The notes: generated by a model from the sequence alone, not told the origin. Numbered from the stretch's first letter, positions 1-9,847 are shown. The stretch: DNA of 54,942 bases from an uncultured Mycoplasmatota bacterium (GCA_947303405.1 CAMYYH010000002.1:1-54942); one strand, 5' to 3'. Made by a program: numbers and translations.

Positions 1-1105
1 AGCTATTAATTTTTATAAAAAAAATGGTTTTAAAATTATTAGTACTAGAAAAGGATATTATGGTAATGAAGATGCCTTAGTTATGAAGAGAGTTGTTAGT
101 ATGAAAGATGTATATATATTAGCTATTGAATCATCTTGTGATGAGACTAGTATGGCTATTGTTAAAAATGGTGTTGAGTGTATACAGTTAACAGTTTTAA
201 CGCAAATGGATATTCATGCTGAGTACGGTGGAGTAGTGCCAGAAATAGCTTCCCGTATGCATACTGAGAATATTACCATGGTTTTAGAAGAAACTTTAAC
301 TAAAGCTAAGATGACTATGAATGATATAGATGCGATTGCGGTTACTTATGCTCCTGGTTTATTAGGTAGTTTATTAGTAGGTGTAGAATTTGCTAAGACC
401 TTGTCTTATGTACATAATAAACCTTTAATTGCCGTTAATCATATAGCAGGGCATATATATGCGAATAACTTAGAAGAGAAGATGCAATTTCCTTTGCTAG
501 CTTTGGTAGTTAGTGGAGGGCATACCGATTTAATACTTATGAAGGATGATTATGTGTTTGAGAAGCTTGGAGGTACTTTAGATGACGCGGTTGGAGAAAG
601 TTATGATAAGGTAGCTAGAGTGCTTGGATTAAAATATCCAGGGGGACCAAATGTTGATAGAGTGTCTCGAGAAGGTAAACATACTTATGATTTACCTATA
701 CCTATGAATGATGATAGTTTAAATTTAAGCTTTAGTGGTTTAAAAAGTAGTATAATTAATTTGGTACATAATGAAAAACAAAGAGGCAATGAAGTAAGAA
801 GAGAAGATTTGGCTAGATCTTTTCAAGAAGTGGCTGTTGATCAATTAATAAGAAAAAGTGAAATAGCTATTAAAAAATTTAATATTAAGAATATGGTTAT
901 AGCTGGTGGAGTATCGGCTAATAGCTTTTTGAGAGAAGAGATAAAGAAATTAACGGATAAGTACAATGTTAAACTTTCTATACCTAGGATGAGTTATTGT
1001 ACTGATAATGCAGCGATGATAGGTGCTGCAGCATATCCATTATATGTTAAGAAGAAGTTTGCTAATTTAGAACTAAATGCTAGTAGTAGTGAAGAGATAT
1101 ATTAG
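1..1105 (+). CDS. tsaD: RimI-like GNAT C-terminus fused in frame to tRNA N6-adenosine threonylcarbamoyltransferase TsaD (5' partial)
   Basis: Frame 2 is open from the window edge. AINFYKKNGFKIISTRKGYYGNEDALVM (a RimI-type C-terminus) runs without a stop into MKDVYILAIESSCDETS, the TsaD/Kae1 N-terminus. The HIAGH motif and the C-terminal CTDNAAMIG motif are present. Confidence 0.85.
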   Translation, partial: AINFYKKNGFKIISTRKGYYGNEDALVMKRVVSMKDVYILAIESSCDETSMAIVKNGVECIQLTVLTQMDIHAEYGGVVPEIASRMHTENITMVLEETLTKAKMTMNDIDAIAVTYAPGLLGSLLVGVEFAKTLSYVHNKPLIAVNHIAGHIYANNLEEKMQFPLLALVVSGGHTDLILMKDDYVFEKLGGTLDDAVGESYDKVARVLGLKYPGGPNVDRVSREGKHTYDLPIPMNDDSLNLSFSGLKSSIINLVHNEKQRGNEVRREDLARSFQEVAVDQLIRKSEIAIKKFNIKNMVIAGGVSANSFLREEIKKLTDKYNVKLSIPRMSYCTDNAAMIGAAAYPLYVKKKFANLELNASSSEEIY

Positions 1106-1119
1106 AAGGGTGTAATAAC

Positions 1120-2055
1120 ATGAAGAAAGTATTAGTTACAGGTGCAGCTGGTACTGTAGGTATTAAAACAATTAAGTATTTGTTAAGCGAAGGTAAGTAT
1201 GATATAACTGCTTTGGATATAAAAAATAGGAAGAGCTATAGGAGATTAAAACCTTATCGTAAGAGAATAGATATAGTGTTTGATGATGCGACTAATAAAG
1301 ATATCATTGATTCTTTAGTTAAGGATAGTGATATAGTAATTCATTTAGTAGGTAATTTACCTTTTTTAGCAAATGTAAATGAAGATTTAATGCGTAATAA
1401 TGAATATAAGAGTGTTAAAGTGGTTGTAGATTCGATAAGAAAATATAATCCGGATTGTTATTTATTATATACTTCGACTACTAGTGTTTATGAAGATAGT
1501 AAAGTGGATAAGAAAGTTACTAGTGATGTAAAAGGGAATTGCTTTTATAGTAAATATAAGATTAAATGTGAGAAGTATATTGCTAAGCATTTAAAGAATT
1601 ATACTGTAGGAAGGTTGTCTTATATTTTAGGAGATATAAGAAAAGATAATAATATATATAATGTAGCTTTGGATACTAATTTAGAAGCTATTACGATAGA
1701 TAATGTGGCTTATGCTTTAACTGCTATATTAGATAATAAAAAACATTTAAATAAAAAGATTATTAATATTACAGGTGGTAAAGAATATAGAGTAGTCTAT
1801 AAAGATTATTTATTACAGGTTTTAAAGAATTATGGTTTAACGTGGTCTATTTTCTTTTCTTTAATATTAGCTGATAAGACTTATGTGGGTGGATATTATA
1901 AAGACGAAGGAGTAGAAAAGTTATTACAATTTAGAACTGGTGATATAAATAATTATTTTAGAACATTAAAGAAATATAAAAAGGATGTAAAAAGATTTGT
2001 TCCAAGATTATTGGCTTTACCTATAATAGGTATAATTAAGTTGAAAAATAAGTAG
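1120..2055 (+). CDS. NAD-dependent epimerase/dehydratase (SDR) family protein
   Basis: N-terminal Rossmann motif VLVTGAAGTVG, a YSKYK (YxxxK) catalytic motif and a hydrophobic C-terminal tail. Confidence 0.7.
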   Translation: MKKVLVTGAAGTVGIKTIKYLLSEGKYDITALDIKNRKSYRRLKPYRKRIDIVFDDATNKDIIDSLVKDSDIVIHLVGNLPFLANVNEDLMRNNEYKSVKVVVDSIRKYNPDCYLLYTSTTSVYEDSKVDKKVTSDVKGNCFYSKYKIKCEKYIAKHLKNYTVGRLSYILGDIRKDNNIYNVALDTNLEAITIDNVAYALTAILDNKKHLNKKIINITGGKEYRVVYKDYLLQVLKNYGLTWSIFFSLILADKTYVGGYYKDEGVEKLLQFRTGDINNYFRTLKKYKKDVKRFVPRLLALPIIGIIKLKNK

Positions 2056-2108
2056 ATAAAAATAGTATATTAATATATAATAATTGAGATTAAAAAAGAG
2101 GTGTAATT

Positions 2109-2828
2109 ATGGGAAGAGCATATGCGGTTAGAGAAGCTAAAATAAAAAAGAATGGAGCTGCTCGTGGTAAGTTGTATACAAATTATGCAAAAGAGATTTA
2201 TTTAGTAGCTAAAAGAGGGGTTCCAGAAATAGAATCTAATAGTGCTTTAAAGCATTTGGTGGATAAGGCTAAGAAGGACCAAGTGCCAGCTGACGTTATT
2301 CAAAGAGCGATAGATAAAGCTAAAGGGGCTGGGAAAGACGAATACGAAGAAATCTATTATGAAGGATTTGGTCCTGGATCATCTTCTTTAATAATTAAGA
2401 CATTGACTGATAATGTTAATAGAACGGTTGGAGAAGTAAGGGCGGCTTTTAATAAGGTTCATAAAAGTTTAGGAGTTACTAATTCAGTTAAGTTTAATTA
2501 TGATAATTTAGCAGTAATGGCTTTTAAATCTGATAAAGAAGAAGATATCTTAATGGCTTTATTGGATGCCGGTATTGAACCAGTTGAATGTGAAACTGAT
2601 GATCAAGGTATGTTAAATATTTCTGTTAACTATGTAGATAATGTTAAAGCAAAAGAAATAATAGAAAGTATTGAAACAGATGTTGATTATGATGTAGATG
2701 AAGTGGGATGGTATCCAAAGGATATGGTTATTCTTGAAGGGGAAGATTTGGAATTGTTTAATAAGTTATATGACTTATTAGATAAAGTTGATGATGTAAC
2801 AGATATTTATCATAATGTTAGTATGTAG
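2109..2828 (+). CDS. YebC/PmpR family DNA-binding transcriptional regulator
   Basis: The MGRAYAVREAKIKKNGAARGKLY N-terminus and the EGFGPGSSSLIIKTLTDNVNRT core are typical of the YebC/YeeN family. An SD-like aaagagg lies upstream. Confidence 0.85.
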   Translation: MGRAYAVREAKIKKNGAARGKLYTNYAKEIYLVAKRGVPEIESNSALKHLVDKAKKDQVPADVIQRAIDKAKGAGKDEYEEIYYEGFGPGSSSLIIKTLTDNVNRTVGEVRAAFNKVHKSLGVTNSVKFNYDNLAVMAFKSDKEEDILMALLDAGIEPVECETDDQGMLNISVNYVDNVKAKEIIESIETDVDYDVDEVGWYPKDMVILEGEDLELFNKLYDLLDKVDDVTDIYHNVSM

Positions 2829-2920
2829 TGATAAATATCTTTTTTCAATTAATGACCCTATTATTTTCATAATAATTTCACATAATTAATATAATATTAA
2901 GTGTATAGAGGTGACATAGT

Positions 2921-3583
2921 ATGAAGATTCTTGTAGTAGATGATGAGAAGCTAATAAGAGAAGTAATTAAGGAATACTTATTATTAGAGGGGTATGAAGT
3001 AGATGAAGCTAGTGATGGTGTAGAAGCCGTTGATAAAGCTAAAATAGAGGATTATGATTTAATAATAATGGATATAATGATGCCCAATAAAGATGGATAT
3101 CAAGCTTGTAAAGAGATTAAACAGGGAAGTAATGTGCCGTTTATTATGCTATCAGCTAGGGGAGAAGAGTATGATAAATTAATTGGCTTTGACCTAGGAA
3201 TAGATGATTATGTTACGAAACCATTTAGTCCTAAGGAATTAGTAGCGCGTGTTAAAGCAATACTTAAAAGAACTAACAATGAAGATGATTTACTAAAGTT
3301 TGAAGGATTAGTCATAGATGATAGGGCTCATGATGTATATGTTAATGACAAGAAAATTAATTTAACTCCTAAGGAATATGATTTGTTAAAGTACTTAATG
3401 GCTAATAAAAATATAGCTTTGTCTAGGGAACAATTATTAACTAATATATGGGGATATGATTTCTATGGTGATGATAGGACTATAGATACACATGTAAAGA
3501 CTCTGAGAAATAATTTGGGTGAATATAGAAAATTTATAGTAACTGTTAGAGGAATGGGTTATAAATTTGAGTACAGGGATTAA
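2921..3583 (+). CDS. OmpR-family response regulator
   Basis: Receiver domain (MKILVVDDE, DLIIMDIMMP, KPF) followed by a winged-helix output (LTPKEYDLLKYL, VRGMGYKF). Confidence 0.9.
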   Translation: MKILVVDDEKLIREVIKEYLLLEGYEVDEASDGVEAVDKAKIEDYDLIIMDIMMPNKDGYQACKEIKQGSNVPFIMLSARGEEYDKLIGFDLGIDDYVTKPFSPKELVARVKAILKRTNNEDDLLKFEGLVIDDRAHDVYVNDKKINLTPKEYDLLKYLMANKNIALSREQLLTNIWGYDFYGDDRTIDTHVKTLRNNLGEYRKFIVTVRGMGYKFEYRD

Positions 3584-4970
3584 AAAGGGAAATAGTTTAA
3601 AGTTTAAAACTATATTATATTTTTCTGTATTCTCAATATTTATTCTCTTATTGTTATGGGGGAGTCAGATGGTATTTTTAAAAGTATTCTATGAAAAATA
3701 CCAAATTAAAGATATGAATAGAATAGCTAATACTATAGCTAATACTAAGTTGGAAGATTTGGAAGATACTATTAAAAATATAGTATATAAAAATAATGTA
3801 TGTATAGAATACGTTAGTAAAGATGGAATAGTATCTTTGTATAATGATATGTCTACTGGTTGTATGATAGGTAAAGATAATCGTCAATTTGACGTATATA
3901 AAAAAGAACTATTAGATTCGGGAGAAGATATGAAAGCTATTAAGTTTGTTAATAGTGATTATAAGTCTAAAGCTTTATTATATTTAGTAAAGAATAAAGA
4001 AGGGGGATTTGTCTTTATATTCTCGATGTTAAGCTCAGTAGAAAGTAATACAGTAGTTATTAGGGGGCAATTAATATATATTACATTTGTGGTGATTATC
4101 TTAGCAATTATAATAAGTTTATTTCTATCTAATAAGATAAGTAAACCTATTATAGATATAACTGAGAAATCTAAAGAATTAGCTAATGGTAATTATAATG
4201 TAGTATTTCAAAAGAATGGCATAGTAGAGATAGATGAATTGTCCGATACATTAAACTACCTGGAAAGTGAAGTAAGTAAGACTGATGAATATAGAAGAGA
4301 TTTAATGGCTAATGTGTCGCATGATTTGAAAACACCTCTTACAATGATAAAGGCATATGCAGAGATGGTAAGAGATTTATCATATAATGATAAAGAGAAA
4401 AGAGAAGAACATTTAAATATTATTATCTCTGAGACTGATAGGTTAAATGTTCTAGTAGGGGATATATTAGCTTTGTCTAGGTTACAGGCCAATGCTGAAG
4501 TATTAAATATTGAGACTTATGATTTAAGACAGGAGTTAGAATCTATTGTTGCTAAGTATGAGATAATTAAAGAAACTGAGGATTATAAAATAAGTATAGA
4601 ATCTCCTGATAAAGTAAAGGTTAGGGCTGATAAGAATAAGATAAATCAAGTATTGTATAATCTGATTAATAATGCTTTAAATTATACTGGAGAAGATAAG
4701 AAAGTAACTATTAAGATAACAGAAGAAAAAAGGGATTATTTGGTGGAAGTAATAGATACTGGTAAAGGTATAGAAAAGAAACAGTTAGAACATATTTGGG
4801 ATAGATATTATAAACATGAGAAGAATCACAAGAGGAATATAGTGGGAACTGGTTTGGGATTATCGATAGTTAAGAATATCTTAGTTAGTCATAATTTTAA
4901 ATATGGAGTTAAAAGTAAGATTAATGAGGGAACTAATTTCTACTTTAAAATAAAAAAGATTAATAAGTAA
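3567..4970 (+). CDS. Sensor histidine kinase (2 TM, HAMP, HisKA, HATPase_c)
   Basis: H-box SHDLKTPLT, N-box LINNALNYT and G-boxes DTGKGI / GTGLGLSIV. It overlaps the response-regulator gene by 17 nt. Confidence 0.9.
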   Translation: MSTGIKKGNSLKFKTILYFSVFSIFILLLLWGSQMVFLKVFYEKYQIKDMNRIANTIANTKLEDLEDTIKNIVYKNNVCIEYVSKDGIVSLYNDMSTGCMIGKDNRQFDVYKKELLDSGEDMKAIKFVNSDYKSKALLYLVKNKEGGFVFIFSMLSSVESNTVVIRGQLIYITFVVIILAIIISLFLSNKISKPIIDITEKSKELANGNYNVVFQKNGIVEIDELSDTLNYLESEVSKTDEYRRDLMANVSHDLKTPLTMIKAYAEMVRDLSYNDKEKREEHLNIIISETDRLNVLVGDILALSRLQANAEVLNIETYDLRQELESIVAKYEIIKETEDYKISIESPDKVKVRADKNKINQVLYNLINNALNYTGEDKKVTIKITEEKRDYLVEVIDTGKGIEKKQLEHIWDRYYKHEKNHKRNIVGTGLGLSIVKNILVSHNFKYGVKSKINEGTNFYFKIKKINK

Positions 4971-4977
4971 AGGTATA

Positions 4978-5000
4978 AAAGGAAGATATTCTTCCTTTTT
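4978..5000 (+). terminator. Rho-independent terminator after the two-component operon
   Basis: Hairpin aaaggaaga/tcttccttt with a 3-nt loop, followed by a T run. Confidence 0.6.
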
Positions 5001-5166
5001 AGCGTATTAGAGATTAAAAAATGTTGTTGCATACAGTACTACTTATTAGTAAAAAATTCTCGAGGTTTGGATTAGTTTCTTTCTATTTTTTTGAGATAAA
5101 GTATGCTATAATCATTTTAGTCTTATGAGAATAATTAATTTGATATATATTAGGAGAGTGTAATTA

Positions 5167-5637
5167 ATGTTTAAAAAATATATTTTGGTATTCTTAATAT
5201 CAATGGTGCCATTGGTAGAGCTTAGATTTGCTATACCATATGCAGTGGGTATAGGTTTAAATAATGTTCTTTCTTTTATAGTAGCTGTGGTTGGTAATAT
5301 GCTACCAGTTCCCATTATTTATTTGTTTGCTAGGAGAGTATTAGAGTGGGGAAAAGATAAAAAAGTTATTGGTAAGTTCTTTATGTGGTGTTTAGTAAAA
5401 GGTGAAAAGGCTGGTAAGAAATTGGAAGCAAAAGCAGGAAAAGGATTGTTTTGGGCCTTGTTCTTATTCGTAGGTATTCCCTTACCTGGAACAGGAGCTT
5501 GGACAGGGACTTTAGCGGCAAGTATTTTGAATATGGATTTTAAAAAGAGTGTTCTGGCTATTTTGTGTGGAGTTTTATTAGCCGGTATAATAATGTTGGT
5601 TTTGTCATTTGGAGTTTTTGGAAGTGTGTTTTCATGA
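5167..5637 (+). CDS. Small multidrug-export-like membrane protein (COG2426 family)
   Basis: MVPLVELRFAIPYAV and GIPLPGTGAWTGTLAA motifs, with 4 predicted TM segments. Confidence 0.6.
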   Translation: MFKKYILVFLISMVPLVELRFAIPYAVGIGLNNVLSFIVAVVGNMLPVPIIYLFARRVLEWGKDKKVIGKFFMWCLVKGEKAGKKLEAKAGKGLFWALFLFVGIPLPGTGAWTGTLAASILNMDFKKSVLAILCGVLLAGIIMLVLSFGVFGSVFS

Positions 5638-6269
5638 ATACTACGATATATTTAATGAGACATTCGGAGGCTACGCCTAAAACTAATTTGAAATATGTTA
5701 GTTGCAAGGATAATTCACAAGTTGTTAACGAGAAAGCTTTTTTGTCTGTTAGTGGAGAGAAAAGAGCAGAAGAAATAAGTAAAAATGAGGAGTTGCAAAA
5801 CATAGATGCTGTTTATTCTTCTAATTATGTTAGAGCTATGTCGACAGCTAAATACATTGCCTTGGAGAATAACACTATAGTGAATATAGATGATAGATTA
5901 GATGAAAGAAAAAGGGGTAATGAGGGAAACTTGGATCCAAAAGATTTTGAAAGATTGCAAAAAAAAGACTTTGACTTCAAGATGACTGGAGGCGAGTCTT
6001 TAAATCAAACAAAGAAGAGAATGGCTGAAGCTATGAAAAGTATTCTAATGTTTGAAACTGGTAATAGAGTAGTGGTAGTAAGTCATAGTACGGCTATTAC
6101 TGCGTTGTTAACTACTTGGTGTGATATTGGATACAATTACGATGATGATATTATACTTAGTTATAATGATAATGCTATTGTAGATGGTAATTGGGACTTT
6201 CCTCATGTAATCAAATTGGAGTTTGAAGGGACAACTATAAAGAATATAGAATATTTAAGTATAATGTAA
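5634..6269 (+). CDS. Histidine phosphatase (phosphoglycerate mutase) family protein
   Basis: IYLMRHSEA (RHG-type motif) and VVVSHSTAI (second catalytic His). ATG 5634 forms an ATGA overlap with the upstream stop. The longer track ORF from 5565 is an overlap artefact. Confidence 0.8.
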   Translation: MNTTIYLMRHSEATPKTNLKYVSCKDNSQVVNEKAFLSVSGEKRAEEISKNEELQNIDAVYSSNYVRAMSTAKYIALENNTIVNIDDRLDERKRGNEGNLDPKDFERLQKKDFDFKMTGGESLNQTKKRMAEAMKSILMFETGNRVVVVSHSTAITALLTTWCDIGYNYDDDIILSYNDNAIVDGNWDFPHVIKLEFEGTTIKNIEYLSIM

Positions 6270-6297
6270 AAAGGTAGAGAGTTATTCTCTACCTTTT
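6269..6297. terminator. Bidirectional terminator between convergent genes
   Basis: 12-bp stem aaaaggtagaga/tctctacctttt with loop gttat. A/T runs flank both sides. Confidence 0.7.
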
Positions 6298-7500
6298 AAG
6301 GCTTCTATATATTTTTAGTAATATTGGTAATATATGATACCAAAATGGTTTGTTGACTATGTCGAATTCACCAATGAATTCAATTAGTTCGCCGCCCATT
6401 TTTCTTTTAAATTCATATATTCCCGCTAAATTTTTATATTTAGTATTAGGGTCACCTACGACACCAAAGGTATCGGCAAATTCAAATCCTCTTTCGTAGG
6501 CATCTTTATAAAACTCATAGTATAGTCTATTTACTGTATATGTATAGGCAGCGACTTCATCATTTCCTATATACATGGTCCAGGCACCTTTTTTAGAATA
6601 AAGACATATTAAGGATGCACATATATATTCTTTATCATGTTCTTTAACGACTTCTTTAAAGAATTCTATATCTTTTTCTATTTTTACTCTACGTTCTTCT
6701 TTTTTCTCTTTTTCTAGTTCTTTAGTAAATTTATCTATTAGTTTTTTGGGATTTATTTTAGCATTAAATATTTTAACAAAACCTTTTTTACTTAGGATAT
6801 CGTAAACATTTTTATAATAGCTATAACTATATTCTTTAAAATCATCCTTGTTAGATATTAACTTAATTAGTTCATGAAAAGTTTTTACCTCATTTGTTTC
6901 ATATATTTCTATGTCATAGTTATAGTTTCTTTTAACTGGTCTAATAAATGATTTAGAAAATGATTTTTCGACATCTTCAAAAGAGTTATAATTTGTGAAA
7001 TAGGTTCTAAATGTGTATCTAGGTTGATTACCATCGAATAGTTTAGTAAAGCCTTTATGCTTATACTTTAGTTTAATAAGGTTGTTATAGATTTCGTAGT
7101 TGTTTTTTCCTCCCTCAATTATATTAGCATTAGTATCTAGTTGTTGGTACATGATAGGGGGATCCATTTTTATATATATAGCGTTTTCTTCTTTGGCGAA
7201 TTTACGTAGTTTTTGAGTGAATTCAGTTAGAACTTCTATATTATTGTAGTCTAAGATAAACCCTCGTGGAGAATAGAAGTAACACATATTTAATGGGGTT
7301 TTCTTTTTAAGTAGTAGAGCAGCTGCAACTAGTTTCCCATTATCTGTCATTAATCCTATGTAATAGGGAATTTGATTTCTATTTTTTTCACATACTTTTC
7401 CCCATTCATATGATTGCATGAAATGATTCGGTTCATTTTCTTCCCAAAATTTACGGTATTCATTTTCACTTAGTTTTTTAATAAATCTCATATTGTTCAC
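6289..7500 (-). CDS. FemABX-family peptidoglycan interpeptide-bridge aminoacyltransferase
   Basis: FMQSYEWGKV and YFYSPRGFILDY N-terminal motifs, a central coiled-coil insert (KELEKEKKEERRVKIEKD) and the C-terminal YEFKRKMGG motif. Confidence 0.85.
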   Translation of the reverse strand: MNNMRFIKKLSENEYRKFWEENEPNHFMQSYEWGKVCEKNRNQIPYYIGLMTDNGKLVAAALLLKKKTPLNMCYFYSPRGFILDYNNIEVLTEFTQKLRKFAKEENAIYIKMDPPIMYQQLDTNANIIEGGKNNYEIYNNLIKLKYKHKGFTKLFDGNQPRYTFRTYFTNYNSFEDVEKSFSKSFIRPVKRNYNYDIEIYETNEVKTFHELIKLISNKDDFKEYSYSYYKNVYDILSKKGFVKIFNAKINPKKLIDKFTKELEKEKKEERRVKIEKDIEFFKEVVKEHDKEYICASLICLYSKKGAWTMYIGNDEVAAYTYTVNRLYYEFYKDAYERGFEFADTFGVVGDPNTKYKNLAGIYEFKRKMGGELIEFIGEFDIVNKPFWYHILPILLKIYRSLKR

Positions 7501-7622
7501 TTCCGTATTAAGTATAACATTTATTTTAATTTAATGCTTTAAATAATTATTAGTATATGATATATTCTTTCTAGAGATTATTAAGGGACTTTTTTATTAT
7601 TTATTTTAGGAAGTGATGATTT

Positions 7623-8570
7623 GTGGAGTATGTATGTCAAAAGGCAACTAAAAAGGATATAGATATCATTACTAGTATAAAAATAGTTACTATGATTGAT
7701 GAAGTAATGGATAAGAAATTATCACATAGTGAAAGAACTAAGATAGAAGAAGCTATTAAGAGTGATATAAAAGATAACTATGATAAGTATAGTATATTAT
7801 ATGTTAATAGAATTAGAGCTGGAGTGTTTGTTACGGTACCCTATAAAAATGGGATTATGATAGATGAAATATATATATTTGATGGGTATAGAGATAAAGG
7901 GATAGCTACTAGTATAATCGAGAGTGTCATAAAAGATAATTATTTTACTTATATTTGGTTGTATTCTAATAATAAAGACTTTCTTAGGTTATTGAAGAAG
8001 ATTGGCTTTGTTAAAATGGATGAAAAGAATAGAATTATTATTATGGGTATAAGTGATGTTGGACCCAAGATATTAGAACAAATGAAAGATATAAAAATAG
8101 GTTATGTAGATAGAAAAGGGAATTACTATCATAATTGTAATAACGATTTTAAAGAAGTATATTATTTACAAAAGCCACAAGATTTATTAAATACTAAGAT
8201 TGGCTTATGTTTTGATCAAGTTGAATTAGAAAGATTTTTATTGAGTAAGTATGGTTTTAATTTAAGAACCTATTATTTGTTATATCAAGATGGTCCTTTG
8301 GGACCAGCTCATGCATTTTTATTATACAAGAGTAATGATAGGTATTATTGGATAGAGAATGCTTGGTATAAATATAAAGGAATTCATGAGTATGAAACTA
8401 AAGACTTGGCTTTCTTAGATATATCTAAGAAGTTTGCTCAAACTATTGTGAATTGTAAAAAAGATAAATTAAAACTATATGAATATGATAAACCTAGATC
8501 TGGTAGTAATTATGAAAGATTTAGTGTGAATGCATTTAATGGTCGTATTGTTAAACTATTTAGAAGTTAA
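7623..8570 (+). CDS. GNAT acetyltransferase fused to a transglutaminase-like Cys-His domain
   Basis: The N-terminal half carries YRDKGIATSII (a GNAT acetyl-CoA loop). The C-terminal half carries GLCFDQVELERFLL ... PAHAFLLY ... YWIENAW (a C/H/E pattern of the transglutaminase-like fold). The GTG start lies 8 nt after aggaag. Confidence 0.55.
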   Translation: MEYVCQKATKKDIDIITSIKIVTMIDEVMDKKLSHSERTKIEEAIKSDIKDNYDKYSILYVNRIRAGVFVTVPYKNGIMIDEIYIFDGYRDKGIATSIIESVIKDNYFTYIWLYSNNKDFLRLLKKIGFVKMDEKNRIIIMGISDVGPKILEQMKDIKIGYVDRKGNYYHNCNNDFKEVYYLQKPQDLLNTKIGLCFDQVELERFLLSKYGFNLRTYYLLYQDGPLGPAHAFLLYKSNDRYYWIENAWYKYKGIHEYETKDLAFLDISKKFAQTIVNCKKDKLKLYEYDKPRSGSNYERFSVNAFNGRIVKLFRS

Positions 8571-8659
8571 CCGTAATGACTATTTCTGATACTAAATTTT
8601 TGTATAATGCTATTGGTGATGTAATTAGATTATGATAGAATAAAAGAGAGGTGTTAATT

Positions 8660-8980
8660 ATGAAAGAAAAATTTTTACCAGTTGGAACCGTGGTAATGTT
8701 AGAGGGCGGTAATAAAAAGATAATGGTTAATGGATTTTGTGCTATAGATCCAACACAGCCTAATGTAATGTATGATTATTCAGGAGTTTTATATCCAGAA
8801 GGAGCTTTAAGTTCAGATCAAGCATTATTATTTGATCATAAGCAAATAGTAGAGATTATTCATATGGGATTAGAAGGCGATGAACATAGAAAGTTTAATC
8901 TAAAAATGAAGATGTTGCTTGAAAAACTTGCTGAACAAAACAATAATAACGCTAACAACACTACTAATAGTGCAGCTTAG
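8660..8980 (+). CDS. DUF4176 domain protein
   Basis: LPVGTVVMLEGGNKKIMVNGF ... YDYSGVLYPEG matches the DUF4176 pattern. ATG 8660 follows aagagagg. Confidence 0.6.
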   Translation: MKEKFLPVGTVVMLEGGNKKIMVNGFCAIDPTQPNVMYDYSGVLYPEGALSSDQALLFDHKQIVEIIHMGLEGDEHRKFNLKMKMLLEKLAEQNNNNANNTTNSAA

Positions 8981-9043
8981 TGAATAGTATTAATGTAGAT
9001 GGTATCGTTTAGATAAGAAAATAGTAGTATATGAGGTAAAAAT

Positions 9044-9451
9044 ATGATAAAAAGAATACTGTCATTATTTTTGGTTGTAGGATTAGTAATAAGTGTAACT
9101 GGATGTAATACAAAAGAAGATGTAAAGACAGTAAATAATGATATTAAAATCATTTTATATAAGACTGGAACGGAAGAAATAATTAAAGAAGTTAATATAA
9201 CCGATGATGATGATATTACTCAATTAAATGAGTATTTGAGTAGCATAGAGCCTTTGAAAGAAGAGGATAGTGTTAATCGGGTTTTAGCTAGAGAAGTTAG
9301 TGTTGTATATAGTGATGATATTTCAGTGGGTATTCAATTAAGTGAAAAAGAGTATTGTTATTACATTAATAAAGAGAAGGATATTTCAACTTTGGCTAAA
9401 ATACCTAGTGGTATGCACGATTTTGTTAGTAAATATGTAGAAAGTAGCTAA
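9044..9451 (+). CDS. Lipoprotein, function unknown
   Basis: Signal peptide with lipobox VTGC (MIKRILSLFLVVGLVISVTGCN). Confidence 0.7.
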   Translation: MIKRILSLFLVVGLVISVTGCNTKEDVKTVNNDIKIILYKTGTEEIIKEVNITDDDDITQLNEYLSSIEPLKEEDSVNRVLAREVSVVYSDDISVGIQLSEKEYCYYINKEKDISTLAKIPSGMHDFVSKYVESS

Positions 9452-9458
9452 AAAAAAC

Positions 9459-9487
9459 TTGCTATATTTGGATAATTTTGCTATATT
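9459..9487 (+). promoter_or_regulatory. Putative sigma-A promoter of rpsO
   Basis: TTGCTA, 17-nt spacer, TATATT, about 80 nt upstream of rpsO. Confidence 0.45.
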
Positions 9488-9567
9488 ATTCAAGAAGTTT
9501 AATCTTGGTTTAGAACTCTCCGAATCTTTACTAGGATAAACGGATATAATATAAAGGAGGAATAATT

Positions 9568-9837
9568 ATGGCAGTTTCTAAAGAAACTAAAGCAAAATTA
9601 GTTAAGAAATTTGGTAAGAATGAAAAAAATAGTGGTGCTACTGAAGTACAAATCGCTATTCTTACTGAAGAAATTAACAATTTGACTGAACATTTGAAAG
9701 TACATACTCATGATTTTCATTCAAAGAGAGGTCTTCAAATGAAGGTTGGTAAAAGAAGAAAGTTACTAGATTATTTAAAGAATAATGATGTAGTAAGTTA
9801 TAGAAAAACTATTGAAGCCCTTGGCTTAAGAAAATAG
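9568..9837 (+). CDS. rpsO: 30S ribosomal protein S15
   Basis: 89 aa with [32 protein letters not shown] strong SD (aaaggagg) lies upstream. Confidence 0.97.
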   Translation: MAVSKETKAKLVKKFGKNEKNSGATEVQIAILTEEINNLTEHLKVHTHDFHSKRGLQMKVGKRRKLLDYLKNNDVVSYRKTIEALGLRK

Positions 9838-9847
9838 TTTAAAAAGT

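Noticed and set aside
3678-4492. Antisense ORFs inside the histidine kinase gene (3678-3887 and 4256-4492). Similar antisense ORFs occur at 5112-5315, 5558-5803, 15817-16083, 18930-19112, 20928-21206, 28247-28486, 32625-32837, 33229-33471, 36606-37091, 39453-39695, 45983-46291 and 53179-53376.
   Set aside because: All lie opposite long ORFs with clear family motifs. Their products are I/L/F/S/Y-rich low-complexity peptides, as expected from reverse-strand reading of AT-rich coding DNA. None has an SD sequence.
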